DNA of 64,000 nt, taken from positions 23,808,001-23,872,000 of the forward strand of contig NC_091480.1 in the NCBI RefSeq assembly GCF_036971445.1, read 5' to 3'. Below, one piece after another: positions 1 to 12,819 of the stretch (position 1 is the stretch's first letter; each line of letters starts with the position of its first letter). The position numbers and the translations under genes were made by a program. Under the pieces are notes generated by a model. The model worked only from the letters and a program-made list of their open reading frames with translations. It made no database searches and was not told the origin of the DNA. The stretch is from Narcine bancroftii. Its lineage: Eukaryota.

Positions 1-593
1 TAAACCATGGTCTACAGTGCTCATATCGTATCATCCAAAGACAGAACGAATCAGTCTCACCACAATGAACATGTTTATAACAGGACGATGTTTCTGCTTG
101 GAATTTAACATGACACGTCTATGCAAATGCCAAAGTTCAGTGACTCAACAGGAAAACGTGTTATACAATTTGTGTATTTAAACAAAGTCTAAATGTCTTT
201 GATAAAACTTCTGAGCGTATGGCATATCAACTCTCAGTTGAAGATGTGAAAAGTGCTTGCGTACGTCGCACACATTTCTGTTGGTTTCTTGTTGAAAATG
301 TGTGTGGACTGAATGTAATGTTCAGGGATTTATTGCTTGGAAATGTGTTGCTAGTTAGTCGTGCTAAATACGTTTCATTGAAGAGTTGAACCTCTCTTTC
401 TGAAATCCAATCCATTGACTTCAATAGAATGAATTTCAAAGGTAAAAGGCAACGCATTGTTGAGTTTGTATAGCGTGTTGCTCAACTAATTAGAATGACT
501 TTCCAGCTACAATGGTCCGTCAATATAGATTTAAGTTAATAACATTGTATGGGAAATAACAGCCTTGGTCATTTTTGGAGAATAATGAGTGAT
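1..593. repeat. Left arm of a long inverted repeat (runs off the window edge)
   Basis: Reverse complement of 1075-1668 with about 13 differences by eye. Explains the twin ORFs 227..457(-) and 1211..1441(+). Confidence 0.97.
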
Positions 594-616
594 GGGGTGA
601 TGGCCTACTCCTGCTC

Positions 617-1074
617 CCATTTCTTATGTTGTGTTCATAAACTCTTCATTCTTTCATTGTCCATGCATGAGAACAGCGTATTAATGAATCACAGTCCAAT
701 TTTCAGGGCCAAGTCAAATTAGCATTGTGAGGACTGATATCACTGTCTGTCCATTTTATGTACATCTTCAAGGGTGAACAATGCATCCATTTCTATCCCA
801 AATAAGTGTGCCATGTCATTCCACGGTGCACTCAAGATTTGTATAAGAGGGGTGTAAAGAATTTGTTTAGTCAAATAACTCAAAGGTCAGCCCCCACACA
901 TAAACTCCACCAGTTCTGACTGACTTGCTCAATAAATTTGGCAGGGTTTTGTTTGGACATCATTTATATGTCCAAGATAAATACGCAATTCTAACAATAG
1001 AGCAGAACCAGTGCAAAGTAATAGGATTTCTAACCACAGGGAAGTTGATGTGCCGAGAAAGCCAAAGTCAAGAT
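617..1074 (+). repeat. Direct duplicate of 6386-6857, forming the palindrome spacer
   Basis: Colinear from CCATTTCTTATGTTGTGTTC to AAGTCAAGAT, with about 25 substitutions and 2-3 indels. Preceded by a CR1 3' tail (TGGCCTACTCCTGCTCC). Confidence 0.96.
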
Positions 1075-1668
1075 ATCACTCATTATTCTCCAAAAATGAA
1101 CAAGGCTGTTATTTCCCATACAATGTTATTAACTTAAATCTATATTGACGGACCATTGTAGCTGGAAAGTCATTCTAATTAGTTGAGCAACACGCTATAC
1201 AAACTCAACAATGCGTTGCCTTTTACCTTTGAAATTCATTCTATTGAAGTCAATGGATTGGATTTCAGAAAGAGAGGTTCAACTCTTCAATGAAACGTAT
1301 TTAGCACGACTAACCAGCAACACATTTCCAAGCAATAAATCCCTGAACATTACATTCAGTCCACACACATTTTCAACAAGAAACCAACAGAAATGTGTGC
1401 GATGTATGCAAACACTTTTCACATCTTCAACTGAGAGTTGATCTGCCATACGCTCAGAAGTTTTATCAAAGACATTTAGACTTTGTTTAAATACACAAAT
1501 TGTATAACAATGTTTTCCTGTTGAGTCACTGAACTTTGGCATTTGCATAGATGTGTCATGTTAAATTCCAAGCAGAAACATCGTCCTGTTATAAACATGT
1601 TCATTGTGGTGAGACTGATTCATTCTGTCTTTGGATGATACGGTATGAGCACTGTAGACCATGATTTG
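1075..1668. repeat. Right arm of the long inverted repeat
   Basis: Begins ATCACTCATTATTCTCC, the reverse complement of 577-593, and matches back to window position 1. Confidence 0.97.
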
Positions 1669-2639
1669 TCCTCATTGAATATTGTCTGTCTTTGGAAATG
1701 TATTTGGAGTTCAGAGATTTAAAAAAAAACAGAAATATTTAAAAATAATCAAATATCTCTTCTGTCTATTCAATATTATCTCAACCTTTTGGGCAAGAAC
1801 ATAACTGGAGGTTGACCCAAGTGAGGACACATCAAATTCCTAAGTTTAACAGGTCTACCTTTCATGCAGTATTTCAAATGGGCAATAGGAAATGAGAATG
1901 AGAATTAACTAGAGACCTCTCTCAAATGCCCCAAAAGGCACATTTGTAGTGTAGATCCAGAATTAAACAGGACAGGACACTGGAGAGCCTGCAATGCCTC
2001 AGTTGCATTGTTTAAATTTAATATTGTTGAGCCAAGGTTACTTTGGGCAATGCTAAATCTACAACATGTTGTTACACTAAATTAGTCATGGGTGTGAAAT
2101 AGCATTTATAAAAAAAATTCACTGAATCTGTTCCAGTGTTTAGTCACCATCCCATCATGTTTTTGTCTCCTTTCCCAACCCACCCTTTCTCATACCCCCT
2201 CCCCATTGGTTCCATCCCCATCTCACCCAGTGAGTCCTGCGCCAGCACAAGGCCTTCCAAACAGAAATTACATCACGTGGCAGAACAAATCCAACCACGA
2301 AAATGTTGGAAAATATCTGGGCAACCAGTTGAATGATATCGCTGATTGTCTATCCACAAAAAAAAATGTCAAAAAGGAATCATCCCCATTGGGAATAGTG
2401 AAACATGCTCAATTCCAATGAAAAGTAATCAAATTGTTGTATCAATAAAAATTTAAAGTAAGAAAAATTAAAGACCTTCTTGAAATACATTAAAAATGTA
2501 CTTGACTGATCCTTCTTCCTTCCTGCTGCTTCTCTCCATTGAAATTAATTGAGTAGCTGCTCCTGGCCCAGTCAAAAATAGGAATAATGGCCAAGTTTTC
2601 CAAAACAAATGCAATGGAAGAGTAGGAATTCAGCCATGG

Positions 2640-3720
2640 AACCAGAGGCAAAACCCTCTGTAAACACCTATCAGGAGGTACAGGTGAGACAAAAGCCTTA
2701 GCCATAATCTTCAAACCTTTCTGGATTTGGATAAATTCCTTTTTTTTTTGGAAAGATGGACACATAACTTTGTTCAGGATGGCCACTGCGAACCTAACAG
2801 AGGAGGTCATAACCAAAGAAACTCAATTAACTCATCATGAGTGTCTCAAAAATAGCTGAATGGAGAATGTAGATGGATGTTGTTTATATGGTCTGCCAGA
2901 AAACATTAGATAAGTTCCAACAAAAAGGAGTATTAACTAAAATTAAAGTAAAATTATTGACTGGGTTGGGTGATTAATTAGGCGGTAGAAGGCAGACTCA
3001 GGGGGAAATGGGCATGTGGTTGAATTGGAAGGAAATGACTCGTGTGTCCCACAAGGACTTGTACCAAGCCTCAGCTATTCACTGTATTTATTAATGCCTT
3101 AAATAGCACAATGGAGAGCCATATATCCAAGTTTGCAATGACATGAAGATTGGTGGCATAGTAAGTAATGTAGACGGGAGAATAAATTTACAAAGAGACA
3201 TTGATCGATTAACTGAGTGGGCAAAACTGTGGCAGATGGATTTCAACAGAGCCAAGTGTGAGGTGATCCATTTCAGACTAAACTTTTAATTCAATTCAGT
3301 ACATAAATGGAAAAAAAAATTGACTCCTATCAGCTGCAAGCTCAAACGTGCATATGCTTATTTTTCATTTGTTTTAAAAATAATTAACATGTCCATTATG
3401 CTTACAGAGCATGTTTGACCTGAGTGCCTGCTACCTGATGAAAACATGGTGAACACTGATAATGCAAAGATCTGAAATCCATGAACACAGCTCAAAATAA
3501 ATGAGCCAGCAACAAAAATAAATCCAAAAGATTGATGGATTGTCAGCCTTTATAAGTAGAGGGCTATCATTAAAAAATGGGGAGAAAGCTTTGCCATTGT
3601 TTTACAAGTCCTGGCTAGACCACACCTGATGGCACGTTGGCAGTTCTGAGCAAGATGGTTTGCAAAGATTTACTGACCTTGGAATTTGAGAGGCACAGAT
3701 TTGCTAGTATGTTACAAGAA
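2640..3720 (+). mobile_element. Degenerate CR1-clade LINE (HER1-like), reverse transcriptase region
   Basis: Frameshifted RT motifs VPQG...QLFTVFIN, ISKFA.DMKIGG, LQRDIDRLTEWAKLWQMDFN.AKCEVIHF. Confidence 0.85.
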
Positions 3721-3729
3721 ATTCAATGA

Positions 3730-5525
3730 CAATATCTGCAAGGTCACAAGAAACAGTGAGGCACCAGGCTCAAGTTTCATCACGAAGACACAAAGACTAT
3801 GGCAGGGCATACTATCACAGAGTAGATGGCAAAGTTGGGCCACATAGCACACAACAGCTCAATGCTCAAGATCAGCTCGATTCATTTCATTCCTGCTTTG
3901 AACAGGGAGCAAGGAAGGCAATGGTATCCACCTCAACCACTTCATGTGCTCCTGTACCCATGGTTACTGCTCCAGAAGTCAGGTCGACTTTCAGAGAGCG
4001 AACCTGTTGAAAGTCATTGGTCCAGATAGAGACTCTGTATGTGTCCTTGTCACAGATACCTTCAATGCCTCTTTGCAAACCACCTGTCTTATGAAGGAAA
4101 CAGTATTGAAGATAAGCATGAAAACGGGCTGAAATGATGATGGCTCATCTTGAAATGGCTAGAGAGGCTGGTCACGACTCACTTGAACCGTTCATACAGG
4201 TCCATAGCAAACACCATCTCCTTGGTTCTCCACTTGGTTCTGGAATGCCTGACCACCAGGGACTATTATTCATCAACCACAGCTCCACCCTCAATTCCAA
4301 ACTTTGGGATGTTGGCTTCAGCACCCACCTCTATGATTCTTGACTTGCTGCGTAACAGATCATAATAACTGAAGATGGTTAGCAACATCTCCTTGATCCC
4401 ACTCAACACTGGAACTCCACCAGGATAACAACTCAGCCCTCTACCACACAGCCCCCACACCTCTACAGTCAAATAGCATTCCAACTCTATCGTCAAATCA
4501 CCGATGACACCACAGAATATCAAGTAATGATGAGACAAAGTACAGAAAAGAGAATGAAAGGGTGGTGGCTTGCTGCATGGCGGCACGGTTCTTGTAGCAG
4601 TTAGCACGGCGGATTCACAGCTCCAGCGACCCGGATTGGAATCCAGCGCTGTTTGTACATTTTCCCCATGTATGCATGGGTTTCCGCCCACCATTCAAAA
4701 CGTACAGGATTACAGGTTAATTTGGGGGGGGGGTCATTGGATTGCATGGGTTTAAATGGCTAGAATCGCCTTCACCTGTGCAGTGAAAAAAAGCACACAC
4801 TCTCACTGAACGTCAGGAGGACAAAGAATCCATAACCCTGTCCACATCAATGGCATTGAAGTAGAGACATGGATAACTTCAAGTTCCCGGGAGTAAATAT
4901 TTCCATTGGCCTGACCTGGACCAACCACGTTGATGCCATAGTCATGAAAGCAATTAATGCCTTTATTTTCACATAAGACCAAGGAAGTTTTGTATGCCCC
5001 CATATCCCTCAACAACTTCTATGGATACATCATCCAAAGCATAATTTCTGATTGCATCATCACATGGTTTTGGAGTTGTTCTACTCAAGATTGTATGAAG
5101 CAACAAAGGCTGCAAATGCAGCTCAGAACATAACAAAAACTTCTCTCCCTTCCATGCATTCTCTCCACATCCTCCTCTGCCTGAGAAAAGCCGTCAACAT
5201 ACTAAAGGTCGCATCCCACCACATTCATACAATCTTATCCCTCTCTCATCAGGTAGAAGACCCAAGATTGCAAAATCGCTCACCAACCAGCTTAAGAAGA
5301 CCATTTCTTCCCCAAAGCCTTCATCAGGCTTCTGAATGAGCACGGCAAAAATGCTCTCATACCACCTTCCAATGTAAAACTCAGTTTGGACAATGTAATC
5401 TACACTCTGTAATTGTGACTTTCTCCCTCAACTTTTCACGTTGGAAATGGCTTCCTGGACTTGTTGTGGAAAAATAAATCTTCTCACTGTACCAGGTCTA
5501 ATGTGAAAATAAACTCGAACTTGTT
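3730..5525 (+). mobile_element. Degenerate Rex1/Babar-like LINE (RT to 3' tail), split by a SINE
   Basis: Remnants of LWQG, K..GPD, LNTG.P.G..LSPL and DDTT motifs; 3' end AATAAACTCGAACTTG. Confidence 0.8.
4577..4790 (+). mobile_element. HE1/V-SINE-like tRNA-derived SINE
   Basis: GGCGGCACGGT..GTAGCAGTTAGCAC head, B-box-like GGATTGGAATCC, V-domain TCCCCATGTATGCATGGGTTTCC. Confidence 0.8.
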
Positions 5526-5874
5526 TGGGAGAAGCATGAACCCTTATCCTACAACTAACATTGTGAAGCTCATTCTGGTGGTGATTTCAAAATCAGAGGT
5601 TTTTATTAGCCCAAGGATATGAAGGAAGCCAAGAAGGGAAACTGAGTTTGCGTCGAAGAACCACCATTTCATTAACTAGTGCTCAATGACCCCAATTGAT
5701 TTTCAAAGATTTCTGGGAGTTCTTGGTGATTTTCTTTTGCTTCCTTTTACATTCTTTTTTTTTCTCTTATATGTTAAGTATATTTAAATTGTTGTTGGTG
5801 TGTTTTACGTATATCAGAAGCTGCAGAAAACAAGACTTCAATTGATCTCTGCACTGTATTAAAGTATATGACCA

Positions 5875-6400
5875 TTTAAGAGCAGGGAGGTTATGCTGCA
5901 ACTGTACAAGGAACTGATAAGAGTGCATCTGGAGTACTCATTGTAGTTCTGTTCTCCTTACTTGAGGAAAAGTGTATTGGCTTTGCAGAGGAGGTTCACC
6001 AGGTTGAATCCTGGGATGAAGGGGTTAGCATGTGAGGAGAGTCATGGGAATTTAGAACAATGAGGGGGCATCTTAAAGAAACACCTTAAAAGACATAGAT
6101 AAGATTGAGAGGGTAGGGAGCTTACATTGGTCTTGGAGACCAGAACTAGGGGACATAGCCTCAAGTTTCAGGGTAGTAAATTTATGACCACGTTAACTGC
6201 TTTACTTAGAGAGTGGAGAATCTATGGAATTCAATGCCCATTGAAGCAGTGAAGGCAACCTCAGTAAATATATTTAAGGTTGGATAGATTTTTACATAGA
6301 TGGGAATTAAGGGATATGGGGAAAAGGCAGGTAAGTGGAGATGAGCCTGTCATCTGATTAACGGTGATCACATTAAATGGCAGAGCCATTTCTTATGTTG
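5875..6400 (+). mobile_element. CR1 LINE 3' end
   Basis: FKSREVMLQLYKELIRVHLEY...SPYLRK, QRRFTRL, and the characteristic GGGATATGGGGAAAAGGCAGG...TTTCTTATGTT tail. Confidence 0.9.
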
Positions 6401-6857
6401 TGTTCATAAACTCTTCATTCTTTCATTGTCCATGCATGAGAACAGCGTATTAATGGATCACAGTCCAATTTTCAGGGCCAAGTCAAATTAGCATTGTGAA
6501 GACTGATACCACTGCCTGTCCACTTTATGTACATCTTCAAGGGTGAACAATGCATGGATTTCTATCCCAAATAAGTGTGCCATGTCATTCAACGATGCAC
6601 TCAAGATTTGTATAAGAAAGTGGGGTGTGAAGAATTTGTTTAATCAAATAGCTCAAAGGTCAGACCCCACATGTAAACTCCACAAGTTCTGACTGACTTG
6701 CTCAACAAATTTGGCAGGGTTTTGTTTGGACATAATTTCATGGCCCAGGTGTTTACAAGATAAATATGCAACTCTAACAATAGAGCAGAACCAGTGCAAA
6801 GTAATAGGATTTCTAACCACAGGGAAGTTGATGTGCTGAGATAGCCGAAGTCAAGAT
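6386..6857 (+). repeat. Paralogous copy of 617-1074
   Basis: Direct alignment by eye, roughly 93-94% identity. Confidence 0.96.
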
Positions 6858-8965
6858 CTCTAGTTTATCTGAAATGCAACAAGCAGAACCATTGGACTTC
6901 TCAGTGAATGAAAATTCTTATCAACTCTGCAACACAAGGATTTGGAACGCTATTATTAAAAAGCTAAAAGTTCATCTTTATATTTGCTACACAAAAAATG
7001 ATGTCAAAATTGCATCAATAAAATCTAACTGCACCTCTTAATATCTAAAACGAACTTGGTGCTACTGTGTACAGATATTTGAAGTCTAAATAAATAGAAA
7101 TATTTTTTTAAATGTAAGCTTAGGGGTGTATTTAAATCCATCTTTCCTTTAGACTTATTGTTCCATTTTTTTAAGATCACCATAACCAACGGAATCCATT
7201 GAGGTTTCCAAAGGCATCTGAGGCATGACTGAAAATCTCACTCCATACCATGTGAATTTAGACATCGAATATGGTTTTTAGACTGCAGGCACGCAAAGGC
7301 ACAATCAAGGAATTTTGCCGTTACACGGGCAGTCTGAAAAGGAATGTGCTGGTATTTTGAGTCAACTCCTGCACTGTGATTTATCCTGCAGGACCCCTAC
7401 AACTTTTTGGAGGAAGCTGGTAGTGTAAATCGTACTCTACAATCAACCACCAGGACTGTTGGACTCAGGTACTTGCAGTCTAAAAGGGTGCCAGTGTGAA
7501 TGACCACATGGGCAGTAATTATGTTAATTTTTTTCAGCGGTTTTGGCGACATTGCAGCCTAAAAAGCATGAATAGCAATTCTGACGCTGGTGCTTTAACA
7601 TGAAAGTTAACTTTGTCCTTTCCCCCAGGCTTCAACTTTCCTACACAAAACCCTGGGAAACCTGCTAATACTGATCTTACATCAATTTGGTGCCTTGTGC
7701 TTCTGAACATTGTGAAGATTTGGGATCAGGAGTCAAGGAGGTACGTTTAGATATAATGACAAACTTGGATTTACTGCCGAACAACATGCCATGGGGGTAC
7801 ACAGGTGATGGGGGCATCAGAGGTAAGAGGTTTGCATATCTTCTGCATGTGATATCAAATGGGATCTTGAATCCTGGGGCACTCCTTCCCTTGTTCTAAG
7901 CATTCATTCTGACCATTTCAGGCAAGCCACTCTCTGAACGCATGCTACTAAAATAAGATTGTTGCCATTTCTTTGAATCCACACCCACTTGCAGAAAATT
8001 CTGCGTACCTATCATTTGAATTCATGGTCTTGTTTTTGGCTTTTTCTTGCTAAATCAATTCTTCTGTTCTGCCCAGACACAGAGATATCCCTTGTCACTG
8101 GGGATATTAGCTGGATGTGGCCAGCTCACAGAGCTTAACAAAAGCCAACAAGATCTCTTCATTGAGTGCCTCACGATTTTGCCAATAGAGGGGATAATGT
8201 CAGATTGGAAGATCACAGTCAGCAAGAGCAAATGTGTGAATATTTTTCCTCTCTCGTGTCTTTGCATCTAACTTAAAATAATGACGAAGCTCCCCAAGAT
8301 CCATTAGTTTGGTCTTGTCATTCAACGGGGAATCTAAGTAATGGTTTATTAGATACAAGTTAAGATAGTATTCTCCTGAGCCATGAAAGGTTTACTGAGT
8401 ACATTAATTGTAGTATAAGCTTTGGAGAGTTTCATGTATCTAATTTCCTTGTGAATGTAACCTGGGCCTTTACATTATTCACAGATCAAATAACTTTAAC
8501 ATTTCTATTAGACACAAGCATAATACACGAATTCCCGCTCTGCTGCAGCAATAAAGGATTAAATAGGGAGTCTGAATAAAAATATTGTACATTTGAATCC
8601 AGAAAATTATCCATCTGATCAAAGCACATTTTGAGAACTTGACAAATTATTTCCCATTCAATGTCACGACACAGCATTTTTTAAATCAAATCAAACAAAT
8701 AATTAGTATCCATAGAACAATCCCAACTCTTCAATGTTTTAGTCCACTTAAACATTAAATATTGTTTGCCAAGAAAATCAATCATCTTCTGGTGCATCAT
8801 TCATGATAAAATTCCATTTATTATCAGAAAATAATTGGTTCCAAATTAGATTCAGTTGCAAGCTTGACTGCTTAAATGGGTTGAGCTACAAGCCATTATT
8901 GACCAACTTAAGCAATCATGATCAGTTTAGTAAGGTCCAATGGTATTCATAATAAAATACTTTTC

Positions 8966-10043
8966 TGAACTGCCAATCGTAAAGTTAACTCACAATCTTG
9001 ATATCTTAAACAACGAATAAGAACTGCCCGTGAGGATTGATTAGGGAAAGGTTTTCTTCGTAATGCTCTATCCAGTTCCAATCCTTCTGGAAAAGCATCT
9101 TTTCCCAACGCTTCAGGAATCCATTTCCGAAAAAATTTCACGGGATCCGTTCCTTCAAAATCTTATGGAAAACCCACTATTTTAACATTATTACGTCTAC
9201 TTTGATTTTCCAACGAGTCAATCTTCTGCAAAAATTCACGCTTCTGAACATTCCAATCTGTTAAATAGTGTTCCAAATAGTCTATTCATTCAGTACATTG
9301 ATCTACAGTATTGGTACAATCACGAAATGCTCGCTTGATATCCTTAAATTCACCCTGGACCACATCCACTTCTCTTAAACATTTAATCACATCCTGCTTA
9401 ATCGATGCCACTTCACCCCTTAATTCAGTAAATTGAAGCTTTCTTGAAAACCTTGAGTAACTTGAACAGGCATATTATCCATATGTCGCATAAACTCCTC
9501 TGAAACAGACAATGTAGTATCTTCTTCCACCTGTACTGGCTCAACTGGCTCGACGAAGGCTCAACATTTCCATCGTTGGGCTCGGCACATCGGCAGTTAG
9601 TCTGACATGCTCGAGACCTTGATTGGGTGTCGGGCCCCTGCTCGCAGAGGGCCCAGCGTCCCCGGGAGCGCGGTCTGAATCGCGAGCGTGACTCTCCTCA
9701 GACAGACGGCCAGCGGCAATGCCATCTTGCGTCGGGGGTGCTGGAGTTAAAATTACCTTTGCCTGGCTTGTCTTTGGAATCTTCAGCTGTTCAAAAATCG
9801 ATCTCTGGGGATCCTTCAACAAGGTAGGCCTCAACTCCTCTGCACTTTCTGTTCTTTTAAACTGTGCCTTTTTTGAAGTTTGAGTTTTAGTAGCATTCAT
9901 TATAACTGTCAAAGTTTCTTTAAAATCTTATAAAAAACTTTTAATATTGTAACAATTAAAAAAATTTGGGTATTAATTATTCAACTGGGGAGAGGTGGAA
10001 TCTCACGTCTACTCCCTACGCTATCTTGCCACGCCCCCCCACC
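8966..10043 (-). mobile_element. L1-clade LINE: 5'UTR plus 5' part of ORF1 only, flanked by a 15-bp TSD
   Basis: 5' end GGGGGGGCGTGGCAAGATAGCG. ORF1 MNATKTQTSKK... then IDSLENQSRRNNVKIVGFP*DFEGTDPVKFFRKWIPEALG...LELDRA (Transposase_22-type). AATAAAATACTTTTC at 8951-8965 and 10044-10058. Confidence 0.92.
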
Positions 10044-10389
10044 AATAAAATACTTTTCATTTTTATTTGCCAGTTACAATTAGGTCTCAATACTTATTGA
10101 TTAGTAGTTCACCAATCAAGAATGGCAACATGGAGTGGCCATAAGCATAAGCAGTCTGAGGGCCTCCTTAGGATTATAGTTCAAGTTCCCATGGTGATTA
10201 TACCCTATTGCCGCACAATGACCCATTCAGTTGGATTTTGCCAGATGAACACCTTTAACCACAAATCCATTCGGCAGTGTCGGGGCAGTGCATGGAATGT
10301 CCTGCATCTCATCATACTGTACGTTGTCCCTAAGATTACTGCACTGGATTGTAGACAACCATTCACCTCTTTGCAAAATACAGATACTC

Positions 10390-10880
10390 TAAAGGCCTTT
10401 ATTACAGTGAAAGAAAAGTGAATGTAAAGGCGGATATTCTCCGTCTTCAATTACCTTCATAAAAATGCCGAGGGTTCATTCAGTAGGTGAACACCGATCT
10501 GTCCAGAGGGTACACTCAGAGGTGGAGCAAGGTTGGAGGCAATACCACTGAAAACAGCTGCAAAGGGGCAGGCTCTTGATGTTGCAATGATACCATCCGC
10601 CCACGACCCAGGAGGATGATTTTTAAAATCCTGTATGCCCACTCAGCGGTGAGCCCACCATGAGTCCAGGTATGCTCATATCAGCGAGCTAGGATAAAGC
10701 GCTCTTACCTGCTCTTCGGTCACCATTTTGGATATAGGTAGCTTTCTCTTCTTGGTGCGCATGTTTCATGTCACGGCAACACTCACCCGGCTTCCTTCAG
10801 CTCCCGACGCTGCTCAGTATGAAGGCAATGCTGGATCAGCCTTATCGGTCTTCTCCATAAAAGATAAATTCACCTTGTGT
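10390..10880 (-). promoter_or_regulatory. CpG-retaining promoter/first-exon-like module A (homologous to 24478-25016)
   Basis: About 16 CpGs in ~420 bp in a CpG-poor window. YY1-like CAAAATGG (ATG at 10726), CATGCGCA, degenerate CRE TGACATGA, and 5' splice sites CGG|GTGAGT, CAG|GTAAGA (10708), AAG|GTAATT (10454). Promoter function is inferred. Confidence 0.6.
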
Positions 10881-10899
10881 TGAGCTGGCATCATAAAAA

Positions 10900-11410
10900 A
10901 GGCTTAATAGTGTCTGGAGAAGGATGCAAGTGTCCTTCATTCCTAGCAGTAGTGTTACAGAGGACTCTCTGACTTACAGGCTATTCCCAGGGCCTCAGAA
11001 CAGATATCTAGAACTGCTGGAAGACCATGAACTTTGTGAAAGACTCCCTTTGGTCTGCCCGAAACCTGTTAGTCTTTCAGCACATGGAAATGTCAGTGAG
11101 GGAATACTGAGGGAAACACTGAGGCTTGGCTCACCCAATGCAAAGGCATTGTGGGAAAGGACTGCAGTCTTTACTCCTTCCACTACCAGGCATTGAGGGG
11201 TTGAGGCCGAGGAAAAACCTCTCAAGCGACAGAGTGGGGAGTACCCACAAGGTGCCACAGTGTTCACAATGCTGCTAAATAGAGAACAAAGGTAGCAAAT
11301 GAGCAGCGATGGAAATATATAGATACGACTCTAAAGGTGTGAAGAGAGTTTGAACAGTTTTCTTTTTATAATTAACTTTTTGTGAATAAAGTCTATTTTT
11401 GGCTTAAAAA
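10900..11410 (+). mobile_element. Tx1-like L1-clade LINE, ORF2 C-terminus and 3'UTR
   Basis: FIPSSSVTEDSLTYRLFPG, CWKTMNFVKDSLWSARNLLVFQHMEMSVRE, LRLGSPNAKALWERT; tail TGAATAAAGTCTATTTTTGG..AAAAA. Confidence 0.85.
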
Positions 11411-11779
11411 TTATACTATATCCTTGATTCACAACTGAATACTTGTGCCTTTTGCAAATTAGATTCTTGGATCAGAGTGTAAACTAGCAAAAATGCTCAG
11501 TGAGGCAAGGTTACACAAAATTTCACAGGGCCAGTTCTTCATGACGGCTTGCCAGTGTTTCTGCGGAGGAATACCAGCAGCACAAAGCCACACAGATGAA
11601 TGGAGCCTGTTGGAAAATAGATGCGGGAACCTGTAATAATCCACTCCTACCTGGATTCAGTATTAAGGCCAGAGATTGAATACGTTGTTTCTTCATGCTA
11701 ACCATCCTATTTATTTGAAAGGGGCCCACTAAACTAAAAGGTGAAGAATTTGTTTTGATTTAATTTTGGTTAATATCAA

Positions 11780-11985
11780 TGCATACAGACATGCAGCATG
11801 GTAACATTGACCATGCTGCCCAATTATACCTAACTGAATTACAACCCCCAGTATGCTTTGAATGGTGGCAGGAAACTGGAGCAACCATAAGAAACCCATG
11901 CAGACTCGGGGAGAATGTGCAAACTCCTTATGGACAGCGCCGGATTCGAACCCCGGTCACTGGTGCTGTAATAGCATCACGCTCC
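11780..11985 (-). mobile_element. HE1/V-SINE-like SINE
   Basis: Reverse strand GGGGTTCGAATCCGGCGCTGTCCATAAGGAGTTTGCACATTCTCCCCG. Confidence 0.88.
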
Positions 11986-12819
11986 ATAAAAAAAGTGCTT
12001 TAAGGCTTCAGGTGATCAACGGTCAGGGCTTTCCTTTCTGCCCCCTGTGATTCAGGCACTAATCACATTCCTCTGCTTCCTGAGGAGACACAGCACGGAC
12101 AACAGGAGGTTGCTGGTCACAGAGAGCCTCAAAGAATAAATGAATCAACAGGAGCAGGGCAGGGGGAAAATCCAAGGTGCAGGTGGGGGGGTCCATTAAT
12201 ATCCATCCCGACACATTGCTTCACCCCACTGAGTGAATGAGAGTCCAACCAACACAACACTTCCATTTTGTACTGGATATGCTACATTACCTGCTATATC
12301 AATGCTTTTATCTAGTCGAATTCATGCTGTTAATTTTATTTACTCCCTGAAATCTAACCTTTTTCTTTTTAAGCAGAACGGCGATGAATTTGAGAGCTTT
12401 CACAACAACTTTCTTTTTGAAAGAAAGCACAGCTGGTACCTGGAGTTTTTTTTTCGGCTTAGTCTCCTGCTGTTTGAATGAGAAGCAAATCAGAATCTCA
12501 ACACAGGTAAAAGTTTAGAAATTCTCTATATGAAACGCATATGATTTTCCATTTGGAGACAGAATTCCAAACCATCAACGTGGGCGTCACATTCAATATC
12601 AACAAGACTGTCTTCAACAACACGCTGCCATTGTGTAAATTTAGTGGCAAAACCCAGAAAAAAAGAGAATCTCATGTAATAAACGGGATCTTTGAGAGTG
12701 ACGACAAAACACACACTGCTTTCAAAACACCAGTGCAGGCTTTGGTCGAATGAAGGATCGATTGTTTGTAAATTAACATCTCAAGGCTGGCTTAGCACTG
12801 ATGGTTTACCAGGCAGCAG

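Noticed and set aside
227-1441. Near-identical 76-aa ORFs on opposite strands as a gene pair
   Set aside because: By-product of the inverted duplication; no recognisable domain or splice context.
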